Below, piece by piece: positions 10,065-19,929 of a DNA stretch of 64,000 bases. How positions within the stretch are numbered: position 1 is the first letter of the stretch; every line of letters starts with the position of its first letter. The notes under the pieces are model-generated. The model had not been told where the DNA came from. It made no database searches and saw nothing but the letters and a program-made list of their open reading frames with translations. Position numbers and translations under genes: made by a program. Origin of the DNA: Candidatus Saccharimonadota bacterium (GTDB taxonomy: Bacteria > Patescibacteriota > Saccharimonadia > UBA4664); contig JACAFG010000005.1 of NCBI GenBank assembly GCA_019352195.1, positions 156,287-220,286 of the forward strand, in the 5' to 3' direction.

Positions 10065-10706
10065 ATGAGTAATATTATTGCAGGCACCGTTGCCACTATT
10101 GGCGCGAGTTTGCTATTGGCCTCGAGCGGTGGGCACGCGGTGACACAGCCGTCCCCTACCCCGGCGGTTGTAACGCGCGCGCCCGTACCCACTCCGGCGC
10201 CAAAAACTTACACGGTGGCAAGTGGCGATAGTTTATCAGCTATTGCCTCAACCGAAGGGCTCGATTCGTGGCGACCATTATGGAACGTTAATACTGGTAT
10301 TTCCGACCCTAATCTAATCTACCCGAACCAGCAACTGACGATCCCGACGGCCCCTACGGTTGACCGCCCAGTTCCAGCTGAACAGGCTGCGACCGCAGCC
10401 GCGCTCGACCAAACCAGCGCTTACAATACGGCGGTGATTCAGCGCTCGGCTCCGACGCACGCAGTCACGTACGCAGCGGGTAGTGCAGGCATCTTCGCCC
10501 GCATCCGCGTCCGCGAATCCGGTGGCAACTACGCCGAGAACACTGGTAACGGTTATTACGGGGCTTACCAATACGATCTTGGTACCTGGGGTAATTACGA
10601 CGGTTACGCCCGCCCCGACTTGGCTCCGCCCGCAGTCCAAGACGCCAAAGCGGCCGCTACCTATGCCGCCCGCGGCTGTTCGCCCTGGCCCAACACCTGT
10701 TATTAG
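10065..10706 (+). CDS. Secreted LysM + Rpf-like transglycosylase protein
   Basis: Signal peptide; LysM YTVASGDSLSAIA..PNLIYPNQQLTIP; RESGGNY..NTGNGYYGAYQY..TW..PWP; strong SD AAGGAG. Confidence 0.9.
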   Translation: MSNIIAGTVATIGASLLLASSGGHAVTQPSPTPAVVTRAPVPTPAPKTYTVASGDSLSAIASTEGLDSWRPLWNVNTGISDPNLIYPNQQLTIPTAPTVDRPVPAEQAATAAALDQTSAYNTAVIQRSAPTHAVTYAAGSAGIFARIRVRESGGNYAENTGNGYYGAYQYDLGTWGNYDGYARPDLAPPAVQDAKAAATYAARGCSPWPNTCY

Positions 10707-10897
10707 ACAGGCCCATACCAAACAATGTCTTCATGCGGGAAAGAATGTAAAAAAAGAGCCCTTAGACCCCCTGATGAGCTGAACAATAACATATTTTACG
10801 AAAAGTTACAATACTTGCTGGAGAATACTAATAGGATTAAATAATGTTTGCAGGCTTATCTGCGGATATTGAAATAAGTTAATGCTTAACAGAGCTA

Positions 10898-11272
10898 TTA
10901 ACTAAGAATTTCTTTTACTACCGCCATGAGTTGACTGGGAATAATATCGGCCTTGACCAGATAGCCGTCAGCTTGAGATCTAATGGCTTCTTGGCTAGTT
11001 TTGTCTTGAGCGAGATTGGTAAGAATGATTATGCGCGTGGCATTAAAGCCTGGATTTTTACGCAGCTCGTGCAACACTTCAATGCCGGATTTACCAGGCA
11101 TCATAATGTCGAGCAAGATGAGGTCGTAAGACTTGGTGGCGCTTTTAGCTAAGGCTTCGAGGCCGTCGTAGGCAAAATCAACTTCGAAACCGGCCTTTAT
11201 AAGGAGCCTGGCGTACATTTCGCTAATCGGACGGTCGTCTTCAACGAACAGAATGGTCTTTGATCCAGCCAT
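10898..11272 (-). CDS. Single-domain response regulator
   Basis: FVEDD, DLILLDIMMP receiver motifs. Confidence 0.9.
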   Translation of the reverse strand: MAGSKTILFVEDDRPISEMYARLLIKAGFEVDFAYDGLEALAKSATKSYDLILLDIMMPGKSGIEVLHELRKNPGFNATRIIILTNLAQDKTSQEAIRSQADGYLVKADIIPSQLMAVVKEILS

Positions 11273-12770
11273 GAGCACCTCGTGTAGTTATCTTATTATG
11301 ACCAGCCTTATCACTCGGTGCAATTGGAGCCTGGGGCATGGTGAAGGAAAAGGTCGTCCCCTTGCCGACAGCCGTTATTACGCTAATCGTGCCGCCGTGG
11401 GCTTCCACGATTTGGCGACAGATAAACAGGCCGAGTCCAGTGCCGCGGGTGGGGTTGGTAAGCTCGTTGACCCGGTAAAATTTGGTGAAGAGCTTATTGA
11501 TGGCGCCTGGCGGAATGCCTTCGCCGTCATCACTAACGTGGGTCGTGATAAGACTGCCCGTTTGTTCGACGCTGACGACGACATGCCCCCCAGGCGCCGT
11601 ATGAATAAGGCCATTATCAACCAGATTTCGAATTATTTCGCGCAGGCCAACGGTGTCCGCCAAAATATTGGGGACCTGAGCGGGTAATTTGAGACTGACT
11701 TTGCGGCCGGTTAGCCGGCCGCGGTCTTCGAGGGCAGCCATTAATTCAATTAGAAACGCCCGGTAGTTGATAATTTCGGGCAGGTAATTAATTTCGCCGT
11801 GTTCGATGCGGGCCACGCTTAGTAGGTTGTTGATGAGACCTCCAAGCTGCTCCGCACTGGAGACAGCGTGATTAAGCAAGCTGGTTTCGTCTTTGGTCAG
11901 CCGCTTCAAGTCGTGGCGCAAAATATCCAGATAGCCGCGAACCTCGGTCAGCGGAGTTCGTAGTTCGTGAGCAGCTAGAGCCACAAAATCCACCTTCATC
12001 TCTTCAAGTTCATGGCCGGCCGTAACGTCATGAAAGGTAATAAGCGCGTCGATACCATTGGGATCGTGAGGCAAAACTACCGCCTGAACGTTGACATATA
12101 AGCTGGAGCCATCGGCGCGGTAGAGCTCGAGACCGTCCCACTGCCCCACTTTATGATCGGCGCCGCGCTCGGTGGCCAACCAGCGCGTCATCACCAGCTC
12201 CCCTTTTTGACGTAACGGGATGACTTTTTCGGCGAGTTGTCCACCAGCCTCCGCGATCGTACGGCCGGTTAACTTGGCGGCAGCGTGGTTAAACAAAATG
12301 ATGCGGCCAGCCGCGTCGAGGGCAAAGACTCCGTCGGTCATGGAGTTTAAGACGCCGCGAAGCTTGTTGCGTTCGGCCGCTACCAGATCACTTTGCGACT
12401 TCGTTTCGCTGAGCGTTTGTTCAAGTACGCGCGATAACTGGATGAGTGACAAGCCAATCTCGCCAAATTCGCCTTCCTGGTCGGTGTCGCCGGCGTGTAA
12501 AAAATTCCCGTCAGCTAGTTTGCTGACTGCATCATGAATGGTTCGGATGGGCCGCGTTAAGAGTTCAGCAAAAATAAAACTCAGGAGAACGGCCGGAATG
12601 ATCCCCAGCAGCATGACCGGTAAAATGAACGATTTGAAGCTGACGATGAGGACGGCAGTGTTGGAGCTGCTTGTCTGAAGATACCAAACCGCGGCCACAA
12701 CTAAGGCCGGAATGAGTGACACAATAAAGAACAGCGCGAGGGTTTGACGTTTAAAAGCGGTTGGTTGCAT
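11241..12770 (-). CDS. HAMP-PAS sensor histidine kinase
   Basis: 2 TM, HAMP, PAS, AHELRTPL, NLVDNG, GTGLGL. Confidence 0.92.
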   Translation of the reverse strand: MQPTAFKRQTLALFFIVSLIPALVVAAVWYLQTSSSNTAVLIVSFKSFILPVMLLGIIPAVLLSFIFAELLTRPIRTIHDAVSKLADGNFLHAGDTDQEGEFGEIGLSLIQLSRVLEQTLSETKSQSDLVAAERNKLRGVLNSMTDGVFALDAAGRIILFNHAAAKLTGRTIAEAGGQLAEKVIPLRQKGELVMTRWLATERGADHKVGQWDGLELYRADGSSLYVNVQAVVLPHDPNGIDALITFHDVTAGHELEEMKVDFVALAAHELRTPLTEVRGYLDILRHDLKRLTKDETSLLNHAVSSAEQLGGLINNLLSVARIEHGEINYLPEIINYRAFLIELMAALEDRGRLTGRKVSLKLPAQVPNILADTVGLREIIRNLVDNGLIHTAPGGHVVVSVEQTGSLITTHVSDDGEGIPPGAINKLFTKFYRVNELTNPTRGTGLGLFICRQIVEAHGGTISVITAVGKGTTFSFTMPQAPIAPSDKAGHNKITTRGAHGWIKDHSVR

Positions 12771-12841
12771 GTCATAATTCTAATGCTTAGGTGCAGCAAT
12801 AGCCAGTAATGGTAAGATAGAGTGATAACGGAGTTTCGGGT

Positions 12842-13324
12842 ATGGGTACGCGAGTACTGATTGTGGCTGGAAGTATCATTGTAATAATTGCGGTTATTGG
12901 AGGAGTAGTTATGTTAAACGGTAGCAACAGCAACACATCTAAGTCGACGGCCTCGCCCAGCGCGAGTCCCGTCGCCAACGCCTCTGCCAGCTCGTCGCCG
13001 TCGGCGTTGCAGTCGACCGACGTGGTTGTTGGTACCGGTGCCGAAGCGCAGGTTGGCAGTACCATTACGGTGAAATACACGGGTACGTTAGCTGATGGTA
13101 CCGTGTTTGATTCTACCGACAAGCAAGGCGGCACGCCGGCGACCTTTACGTTGGCGCAAGGTCAGCTGATTGATGGTTGGGTTCAGGGTATTCCGGGGAT
13201 GAAAGTTGGCGGTACCCGCAAACTGGTTATTCCAGCCAGCCTCGGCTATGGCTCTCAGTCGGTCGGCTCAATTCCGCCGAACTCAACCCTCGTCTTTACG
13301 ATTGAGTTGGTCGGCGTTAAGTAG
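12842..13324 (+). CDS. FKBP-type peptidyl-prolyl isomerase, membrane anchored
   Basis: YTGTLADGTVFDS, GMKVGGTRKLVIPASLGYG, IPPNSTLVFTIEL. Confidence 0.93.
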   Translation: MGTRVLIVAGSIIVIIAVIGGVVMLNGSNSNTSKSTASPSASPVANASASSSPSALQSTDVVVGTGAEAQVGSTITVKYTGTLADGTVFDSTDKQGGTPATFTLAQGQLIDGWVQGIPGMKVGGTRKLVIPASLGYGSQSVGSIPPNSTLVFTIELVGVK

Positions 13325-13340
13325 CCGCCTTGCGCGTAGT

Positions 13341-13373
13341 TCAAAAAGGGCAGCAACGAGCTGCCTTTTTTGA
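13341..13373. terminator. Bidirectional intrinsic terminator
   Basis: TCAAAAAGGGCAGC-AACGA-GCTGCCTTTTTTGA between convergent genes. Confidence 0.85.
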
Positions 13374-13376
13374 TGG

Positions 13377-14000
13377 TTAATCTTGACGATGAGTGTCGCA
13401 GAAGACTGACGTGTGGCCCTGAGAACATAGGCTGTAGCCGACGATGTCACCGATCTTGTATGGCGTAACCGGGAGTTTGACACCCGTGGTATTGGTGACC
13501 AGGCGGATTTCGACGGGAATTGTACCGCGGCCGAGGCTATCAACTACCTGGAAGGCGCCCCGGGATAAGTCGATCACGCGGCCGGTCCAGGCTTCGGGGC
13601 CGTAATCGTTGACGTGACAAATGACGTTGTGGCCGTTGTACAGGTCGGTAACCCGCAGATAACTGCCGCGTGGGAAGGTTCGTGAGGCGCAGGTAATGGC
13701 GTCGGGCTGAGGTAAGCCGTAAGCGTACCACGAGCCGCGACCGACCTGATCAGCGGCACCCGGGGCCTTGGTAACTGGCGTCGGCGTGGAAGGTGCCACA
13801 ATGAGCTGCCCGGCGCTCGGGCCGTGGACGGCCACCGTTACGACTGGTTTAGTGACGGCAATGGCGTAAGCCACGGCGCCCATTGATACTGAGGCGAGCA
13901 AGATGGCAAACCCACGCAAAATGTGGCGAGAGGTCTTACGCTTGACTAACTTTTTTTTGGTGACGAGATGCGTGATCCGTCGTTTTGTTTTAGCCTTCAT
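13377..14000 (-). CDS. RlpA-like (DPBB) lytic transglycosylase family protein
   Basis: GRGSWY, CASRTFPRGSYLRVT, VNDYGP..RVIDLSRGAF; TM near N-terminus. Confidence 0.85.
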   Translation of the reverse strand: MKAKTKRRITHLVTKKKLVKRKTSRHILRGFAILLASVSMGAVAYAIAVTKPVVTVAVHGPSAGQLIVAPSTPTPVTKAPGAADQVGRGSWYAYGLPQPDAITCASRTFPRGSYLRVTDLYNGHNVICHVNDYGPEAWTGRVIDLSRGAFQVVDSLGRGTIPVEIRLVTNTTGVKLPVTPYKIGDIVGYSLCSQGHTSVFCDTHRQD

Positions 14001-14040
14001 TTGCCACCACCCTACCATAAGCGTTATAAAAGGGCAAGTT

Positions 14041-14072
14041 TTAGGGCGGCCGGAGAATTCCGGCCGCCCTAA
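14041..14072. terminator. Perfect 14-bp hairpin
   Basis: TTAGGGCGGCCGGA-GAAT-TCCGGCCGCCCTAA just downstream of the 14093-14770 ORF. Confidence 0.7.
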
Positions 14073-14092
14073 GCGGTGATGGGGCCGCTTAA

Positions 14093-14770
14093 CTACGGTG
14101 CTGCCTGAACGCTCAGGCGGTCCAGCTTGACACGCAGCCGATCGCCGGCTGACTTCCATGCCAAATTGCTGAACAGCTCGTTGGCCCGGTTGAGGTGCGT
14201 ACGGGCTGGTGCGGTCAGACCTAAGGCAGTCTGGCGATTGGCGGCGGCCAGGTGATAGCAGCAGGACGCGATGGCAAAATGCAGCCACGCCTGATTGGGG
14301 ATCACGGCTGCGCAGCGATCGGAGCGCAGCGACTCCTCATAGGCGACAACTGCGCGTTCGTAGCTCTCAGCGATTTCGAGCTTGAGGCCACCGCGCAGGC
14401 ACGGGTCGATGAAGGGCTCGATTTGTGACCGAATCCAGTCGAACCGGTTGGCTTTGGCGATTGTCTGGGCTCGAAGCGCGTTGCGTTGGCTACGGTGGAG
14501 GTCGCCGGCTCGCTGCCATAGGAGAGCCAGATCGAGATAGCGCAAGACTTCCGAAACCGATTCATCGTCGGTCGTCAGCTTGGCCAAATATGAACGCGAG
14601 GCGGCGTGATAGTCGTTCCAGGCGCGAACCAATTCGTTGGGATCGGAGCCGTACTTGGTGGCTCTGCGGAGCGCGAACAGAAGACGGTCCTGTTCGACAT
14701 CGAGCACGGCGGGATCGAACTGATATTCCTGGAGCACATCGAGGATGAATAAGGGCTCGTTCATGCGCAT
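14093..14770 (-). CDS. Hypothetical helical protein
   Basis: 225-aa ORF with SD AGAAAGGAG; no recognised motif. Confidence 0.65.
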   Translation of the reverse strand: MRMNEPLFILDVLQEYQFDPAVLDVEQDRLLFALRRATKYGSDPNELVRAWNDYHAASRSYLAKLTTDDESVSEVLRYLDLALLWQRAGDLHRSQRNALRAQTIAKANRFDWIRSQIEPFIDPCLRGGLKLEIAESYERAVVAYEESLRSDRCAAVIPNQAWLHFAIASCCYHLAAANRQTALGLTAPARTHLNRANELFSNLAWKSAGDRLRVKLDRLSVQAAP

Positions 14771-14835
14771 CTCCTTTCTGGTCGGCGAGATGAGACGGCG
14801 GAAGCGATGCCTATTTATACCATATTTTGGCGGCG

Positions 14836-15996
14836 TTAGTAGCTAACGGCATTGCCGATCGGGACGATTTCGTACCAGGTGTTGCCGGCATCGAGGGCAA
14901 TTGCCGTGCCAGAGGCATCGGTGAGCTGTGTACGAGCGTTGTGAGAGGCTTTACTCCAAGTTCCCTCTGCCGCGCCCCCGTCGCGTAGTACGGTGGCTCT
15001 GCCGGAGCCTACGGTGGGCATATTGATGTACTGCGAGTCGTGTGGCGCGGGGGTGTAGGTTATGGGCATATATTCAATGACGATATTTTTAACGGTAATG
15101 GGCTGGCCCGTATTGCGATCGACGTGCGGGACTCCACCCAGATAGCGAATATAGCTATTGATGGTCGGCGCGTAACGATACTGAACGGCGTAGGCACCGG
15201 AGCTAAAATTAATGCTAATGGTGGTATGCGTCGGGGTGGTCATGGGCGCGTCGGGTTGGCGTGGTGAGGGCGTAAAACTGGGGGCTTTGGTGTAGCCATG
15301 TCTGGCGTTGATGGCGTCGAGCAAAGCGCTTGACGTGTATAAATTGTGAGGCGCGTAGCGATCTGAGGTGCGGTAGTACGTGGGAGCACCAATCACTAAA
15401 GCGTTGAGATCGAGGACCCCGAGCGGTCCGACAAGATTCAGTGCGTCACTGGAGCCACCGGCGTGGCTAAGCGAGGCGCCAAATTCCAAGGCCCAGTCAA
15501 TGTAATACGGTCGCAAGCTCCGGACGGGACCAATGCTGGATGGCTGCTGATCGCCAAATAACGCCAGAAAACGGGTAATGCCGCCTTCAGCCAAGGCCTC
15601 ATAAACCACGCCGGCTTGGCTCAAGCCCGACTGAGGGCGCGCGTCGGGATATAAGTTCTCAATCATGACGGCGGAAATAGGGCGGGCAGCCAAAGCCGGT
15701 TCAACGGGCAGACCGGTGAGCGGTGCTGGCACGGTGGTGGGAGTTGGGGTTGGCGTGGGGGTGGGAACCGGGGTTTTGGTTGGTACGACGGCGGCTTGTT
15801 TGGGAGCTGGTTTGAGCACAGCGTAGGTGGCGGCTCCCCCGGCCAACAATAGAACTATGATCACAGGCGCAAGCCATTTCCAACTGTGCTTAAGCCAGCC
15901 TTTGAAACCAGGCTCTGACTGCGTGATAGCCTCGCCGACAGTAAGATCTTTGTTCGGCGTAGTGAGTTCGTTCGTACTGGTCTTGATAGGGTCCAT
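14836..15996 (-). CDS. DUF3048 domain protein (membrane anchored)
   Basis: AVMIEN..ARPQSGLSQAGVVYEALAEGGITRF..IGPVRSLRPY, APHNLY. Confidence 0.88.
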   Translation of the reverse strand: MDPIKTSTNELTTPNKDLTVGEAITQSEPGFKGWLKHSWKWLAPVIIVLLLAGGAATYAVLKPAPKQAAVVPTKTPVPTPTPTPTPTTVPAPLTGLPVEPALAARPISAVMIENLYPDARPQSGLSQAGVVYEALAEGGITRFLALFGDQQPSSIGPVRSLRPYYIDWALEFGASLSHAGGSSDALNLVGPLGVLDLNALVIGAPTYYRTSDRYAPHNLYTSSALLDAINARHGYTKAPSFTPSPRQPDAPMTTPTHTTISINFSSGAYAVQYRYAPTINSYIRYLGGVPHVDRNTGQPITVKNIVIEYMPITYTPAPHDSQYINMPTVGSGRATVLRDGGAAEGTWSKASHNARTQLTDASGTAIALDAGNTWYEIVPIGNAVSY

Positions 15997-16059
15997 AACT
16001 CTACCCTATCATCGCGGTTATGGTTCGACAACATTTCTGAGAATAATACCCAAGTGAAA

Positions 16060-16251
16060 GGCCCCGCAAGCGGAGCCAGTCACCCTTGCGGGTGGAGCTC
16101 CGGCTGCGGGGCCGGCGGAACGGGATCAGCACATGGTGACGGTCGCGATGGGGGCCATAATAACCTCTTTCGAGTCGAGGGAGGTGAAGATGAATCAAGG
16201 TTCGGTGAACTCAGGCTATAGTATTATAGCATAACAACTTTATAATTGCAA
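16060..16251 (-). other. Standalone small transcript: sigma70 promoter, 10-aa sORF (16126-16158) and long hairpin
   Basis: TTGCAA-17-TATAAT (16251-16223); SD GAAAGAGG; MAPIATVTMC*; 54-nt hairpin with GCAA tetraloop followed by TTTCACTT. Confidence 0.55.
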
Positions 16252-16268
16252 TATGTTGGCTGTCGCAA

Positions 16269-16298
16269 CGAAAAAGACTCCCGGAGGAGTCTTTTTCG
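16269..16298. terminator. Intrinsic terminator
   Basis: CGAAAAAGACTCC-CGGA-GGAGTCTTTTTCG. Confidence 0.85.
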
Positions 16299-16321
16299 AA
16301 TACTAGTCTTGCGACCGGAAA

Positions 16322-16525
16322 TTATTCGACGGGAGCGTCGAGCTTGTCCCAGTCGGCCTGACCAACAAACTTGGTGAGGTTGCGGCCGTCGTACTTGCCA
16401 CGCAGGGCGTAACGTACCTGAACTTTACCCTCTTTGGTGGTGCGCTCGTACTTGGTCTTGGAAACGTCGGACTCTGGAACTTCGACGGACTGGCGGGTCT
16501 TTACGTCATAAAACGAAATGGCCAT
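16322..16525 (-). CDS. Small conserved-looking protein, possibly nucleic-acid binding
   Basis: 67 aa, SD GAGG, biased codon use, own terminator; FYDVKTR motif. Confidence 0.75.
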   Translation of the reverse strand: MAISFYDVKTRQSVEVPESDVSKTKYERTTKEGKVQVRYALRGKYDGRNLTKFVGQADWDKLDAPVE

Positions 16526-16594
16526 GGCTGATTTAACCTCACTTACGTTAAGTGTTTGCATGATAGGCTAGGCGAAACCCGCTTGTCAAACCTC

Positions 16595-18025
16595 TCAAGG
16601 TGTCAAAACTGTCAAAGCGGCTTGGAGACGTCGTTTTGAGGCCTCTTGACCAAGTACGAAAAGAGTTTCAAATAGTCCCGGGGCGGCAGTTCTGCCGGTA
16701 ATACTAACGCGGATGATACCGAATAGAATGCCTGCCTTAAGCCCTAATTGGTCGACTAAGGGTCGGATAGCTGCCTCTAAGGTGCTTTCGCTCCAATGGT
16801 CTGGTAATACCACGATTATTTGCTCTAACGCCTGTTTTGCAATTTCTGGTTCGAGATTTTTTGTAAGCACATTTTTATCGAGTTTGGGGTCTTCAAAAAA
16901 GAAATCGGTCAGCTCCGGAAGCTCGTTGAGGGTTTTGAGTCGTTCCTGGACGAGCGCCAAGACTGACTCACGGTAGCTGGCTGGATAGGCGCTGGCAGCA
17001 GCGGGCCAGAAGGGCTCACAGCGCTGGTTTAGCTTGGCTAGCGGTAGCTGGCGAATGAGGAGGCCGTTCATCCAGGTCAGGCGCTCCTTATCGAATTTAG
17101 CGGGGCTTTTTTGGATGCGATCGAGCGTAAAGTTCTCGATGAGTTCGGGCGTCGAATACACTTCTTGGGTCGTGCCGTCGTTCCAGCCCAGGGAGGCTAA
17201 AAAGCTACGCAAAGCTTCCGGCAAGTAGCCTTCGTCAATGTATTCCTGCACGCTTTGGGCCCCGTCACGCTTGGATAGTTTTTTGTTACCGGTGGGTCCC
17301 AGGACGGCCGGCAAGTGAGCGTAAACGGGCGCATCCCAACCAAAAGCGGCAAATAAGAGTAAATGCTTAGGGGTGCTGGGAATCCACTCGTCGGCGCGCA
17401 TAACATGACTGATTTTCATTTCATAATCGTCGACCACGTTGGCAAAGTGATACGTGGGATAACTGTCGGCTTTGATGGCCACAAAATCGTCGAGTTCGGT
17501 AGTTTTGAATTCGAGGTGACCACGGACGGCATCGTCCCAGCCGACGACGAGCGGGACCTTGGGAATCATAAAACGCAGCACGTGCGGCTCGTCGAGTGAC
17601 TTTTGATGCGCCGGAGTGAGGCAATGGCGATCGTATTTGAAGGCCACACCGGCCGCTTGCGCCTGTTCTCGCAACGCCGTGAGACGCTCTGGACTGCACC
17701 AGCACGGGTACAGCGCGCCGCTTTGGACGAGCTTGTCAGCGTGCCCATTATAAACTTCCAGGCGTTCAGACTGGAGATACGGGCCGTACGAGCCGCCTTG
17801 GGATGGGCCTTCATCAGGCGTAATCCCGAGCGCGTCGAGACTAGCCACGATTTGGGCTAAGGCCCCGTCGACCAAGCGCGCCCGGTCGGTATCTTCAACG
17901 CGCAGCACAAACGTACCATCATTGTGGCGCGCCCATAACCAGTTAAACAGCGCGGAGCGAATGCTGCCGACGTGGAGATAACCAGTTGGGCTGGGAGCAA
18001 AGCGGACGCGTACGGCTTTTGACAT
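16595..18025 (-). CDS. gltX: Glutamate--tRNA ligase
   Basis: VRFAPSPTGYLHVG, LRVEDTD, KLSKR. Confidence 0.97.
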   Translation of the reverse strand: MSKAVRVRFAPSPTGYLHVGSIRSALFNWLWARHNDGTFVLRVEDTDRARLVDGALAQIVASLDALGITPDEGPSQGGSYGPYLQSERLEVYNGHADKLVQSGALYPCWCSPERLTALREQAQAAGVAFKYDRHCLTPAHQKSLDEPHVLRFMIPKVPLVVGWDDAVRGHLEFKTTELDDFVAIKADSYPTYHFANVVDDYEMKISHVMRADEWIPSTPKHLLLFAAFGWDAPVYAHLPAVLGPTGNKKLSKRDGAQSVQEYIDEGYLPEALRSFLASLGWNDGTTQEVYSTPELIENFTLDRIQKSPAKFDKERLTWMNGLLIRQLPLAKLNQRCEPFWPAAASAYPASYRESVLALVQERLKTLNELPELTDFFFEDPKLDKNVLTKNLEPEIAKQALEQIIVVLPDHWSESTLEAAIRPLVDQLGLKAGILFGIIRVSITGRTAAPGLFETLFVLGQEASKRRLQAALTVLTP

Positions 18026-18278
18026 AGCTTGTAGTATACCAAATGGAATCGCCACTAGCAAAAGGCGATGTTTTGCGAGACTCTCGCTTTGAACGTGTGG
18101 CCGCAGGTCGGGCCCTTCACCGTTCGCTTGGGTGTTGAGCCCGGAATACTGAAGAATGAGCCACCGAAACTGCCCAGGAAACCGTTGTTGTTTCCCGTAA
18201 CAATACGCCAATCTCTCGGGTTGGCTGGATGGTAGCCGGAAGTATAAGGCCAAGGTTGCTACCGATCAAGAGGCAGGG

Positions 18279-18617
18279 TTATAACCCCAAGGCGGATGGG
18301 TCGAGCTTCACCCACTCGCCCCCGTCGTCTTTGTAGTAATTGGTGTGGCGCGCGGTTTCGTGCGCGTCATAAATTGTTTCGTAACGCAGTTCGGCGCCGA
18401 CGCGTCGGCCGCCAATGGCCTTCTTGTCGATAATAGCGGGGCCGGTAATACGCTCGAGACGATATTTGTCGCCGTCACGCGTAAATTCGATAAAGGCGAC
18501 TTGTTCTGTGAGATCGAGATGATCGGCAATTGGCCTGTTGAGGCGGCCATGGTTGTCGAGGCCAAAATTGCCTTCAATGGCGTCTACAATGCGATCCCAG
18601 CTGGTGTCGTCGTGCAT
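18279..18617 (-). CDS. Hypothetical protein
   Basis: ORF with SD AGGAG before MHDDTSW. Confidence 0.7.
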   Translation of the reverse strand: MHDDTSWDRIVDAIEGNFGLDNHGRLNRPIADHLDLTEQVAFIEFTRDGDKYRLERITGPAIIDKKAIGGRRVGAELRYETIYDAHETARHTNYYKDDGGEWVKLDPSALGL

Positions 18618-18730
18618 GAGTGGCTCCTGTTTGGGACATTTTAGCACTTTTGAATCATTGGGGTTGGGCCGGGCACAATAAATGACAATTATGGCGTCAG
18701 CTTTAAGCGGCGCCGAGGCGACTTCAGCGC

Positions 18731-19855
18731 TTACAGGCCGTAGGCGATCTTTAGCACCTGATCGCGGCTGAGGCGCGCGGTGCCTTTAATGGTGTACCAA
18801 ATGCCGTGGTTAACCCAGGCAGCTTGGTTGTTGTTAAACATGTAGATCGTCAGACCCTGCCCGTCGATTGATGAATAGTTGGAGTCGGCGCCGGCGACGT
18901 AGTTATCGAGTAATGATTTTGAATCCCAGGTGGTACGTTGTTGCGCGATGGTGAGGTTGCTCGCTTGGCTGGGGCTCTTAAAGCTCAGGGTGAGGAGACC
19001 GGGCTCGGCTGAGGTGCTCGCGAGTGTATAACTGGTTGGCAAATAGCTGGGGTCGGTGGCGGCAACGCCAGCTTTGGTAGCGGCCGCTTGAATGGTGAGT
19101 TTGGGGTAGTTTTGCAGCCAAACGTATCCGGCCATGATGGCGACAGCGCCGGCAACGCCCGCGTACTGCTGCCATTTGGGACCTGGTTTGGGGTCATTTT
19201 GCGCTGGAGCCGCGGCAGGCACGAGTGGAGCCAAAGTTTGATGGGCCGTGATAGCGGCAGCGGGAGCAATCATCGTATCGGGCACGCGAGGGGTGGGCTG
19301 CGGCTGGTCTTCGGGCTGGACCAAACGGCTTTCGGGTTTACCAAAGCGCGAAATATGTTCGCTTTTACCGACGCTTTTGGCGCGCTCGAGCCGGGCGGCC
19401 ATAATCGGGGCTTCGTGACCGTGCTGGCGCGGCGCGCGAGGGTGGCCGGCGACAACGGGCTGCGAGCTGGCGGTAACGGCTGGAGCGGCCGCGACGACTG
19501 CTGGTGCCGCGACTGGTGGCGGCGGAGGGGCGGCTACGGCGGCGGGCTCGTCGGGAACGTGTACCGTGCCGCGTGGCTTGGGGGTTACCACCGGGCGTCG
19601 CAGGTCGAGCGACCGAGTGGGACTGACCGTGGTTTGGCGATGTAAGTTGTGCGCAGTGGTGCCGCGGGCACTTACCACCGGCGATCCGCCACGCGTAAAA
19701 TCCATGCTGCGCGGCTTGGTAACGGGGGCTGCGGCAGCTGCCGACGGGCTCCCGGCCGCAATGCGGCTACCACACAGCGCGCAGTACTGCGAGGTTCCAA
19801 TAGTAACCGCGGTTGTTTGGCGCTGACACGTTTCGCAGGTCACGGTTTCCGGCAC
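18731..19855 (-). CDS. Membrane protein: N-terminal CxxC..CxxC ribbon, Pro/Ala-rich linker, TM, C-terminal DUF4367-like domain
   Basis: CETC..CALC; PSYLPTSY..AAWVNHGIWYTIKG..LKIAYGL. Confidence 0.7.
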   Translation of the reverse strand: MPETVTCETCQRQTTAVTIGTSQYCALCGSRIAAGSPSAAAAAPVTKPRSMDFTRGGSPVVSARGTTAHNLHRQTTVSPTRSLDLRRPVVTPKPRGTVHVPDEPAAVAAPPPPPVAAPAVVAAAPAVTASSQPVVAGHPRAPRQHGHEAPIMAARLERAKSVGKSEHISRFGKPESRLVQPEDQPQPTPRVPDTMIAPAAAITAHQTLAPLVPAAAPAQNDPKPGPKWQQYAGVAGAVAIMAGYVWLQNYPKLTIQAAATKAGVAATDPSYLPTSYTLASTSAEPGLLTLSFKSPSQASNLTIAQQRTTWDSKSLLDNYVAGADSNYSSIDGQGLTIYMFNNNQAAWVNHGIWYTIKGTARLSRDQVLKIAYGL

Positions 19856-19929
19856 ACCCTTTATTACGCTTATGTTACAACAAAACGTGGGGGTTTGGGA
19901 AGACGCACGTGTAGTGCCGCTTGCCTACC

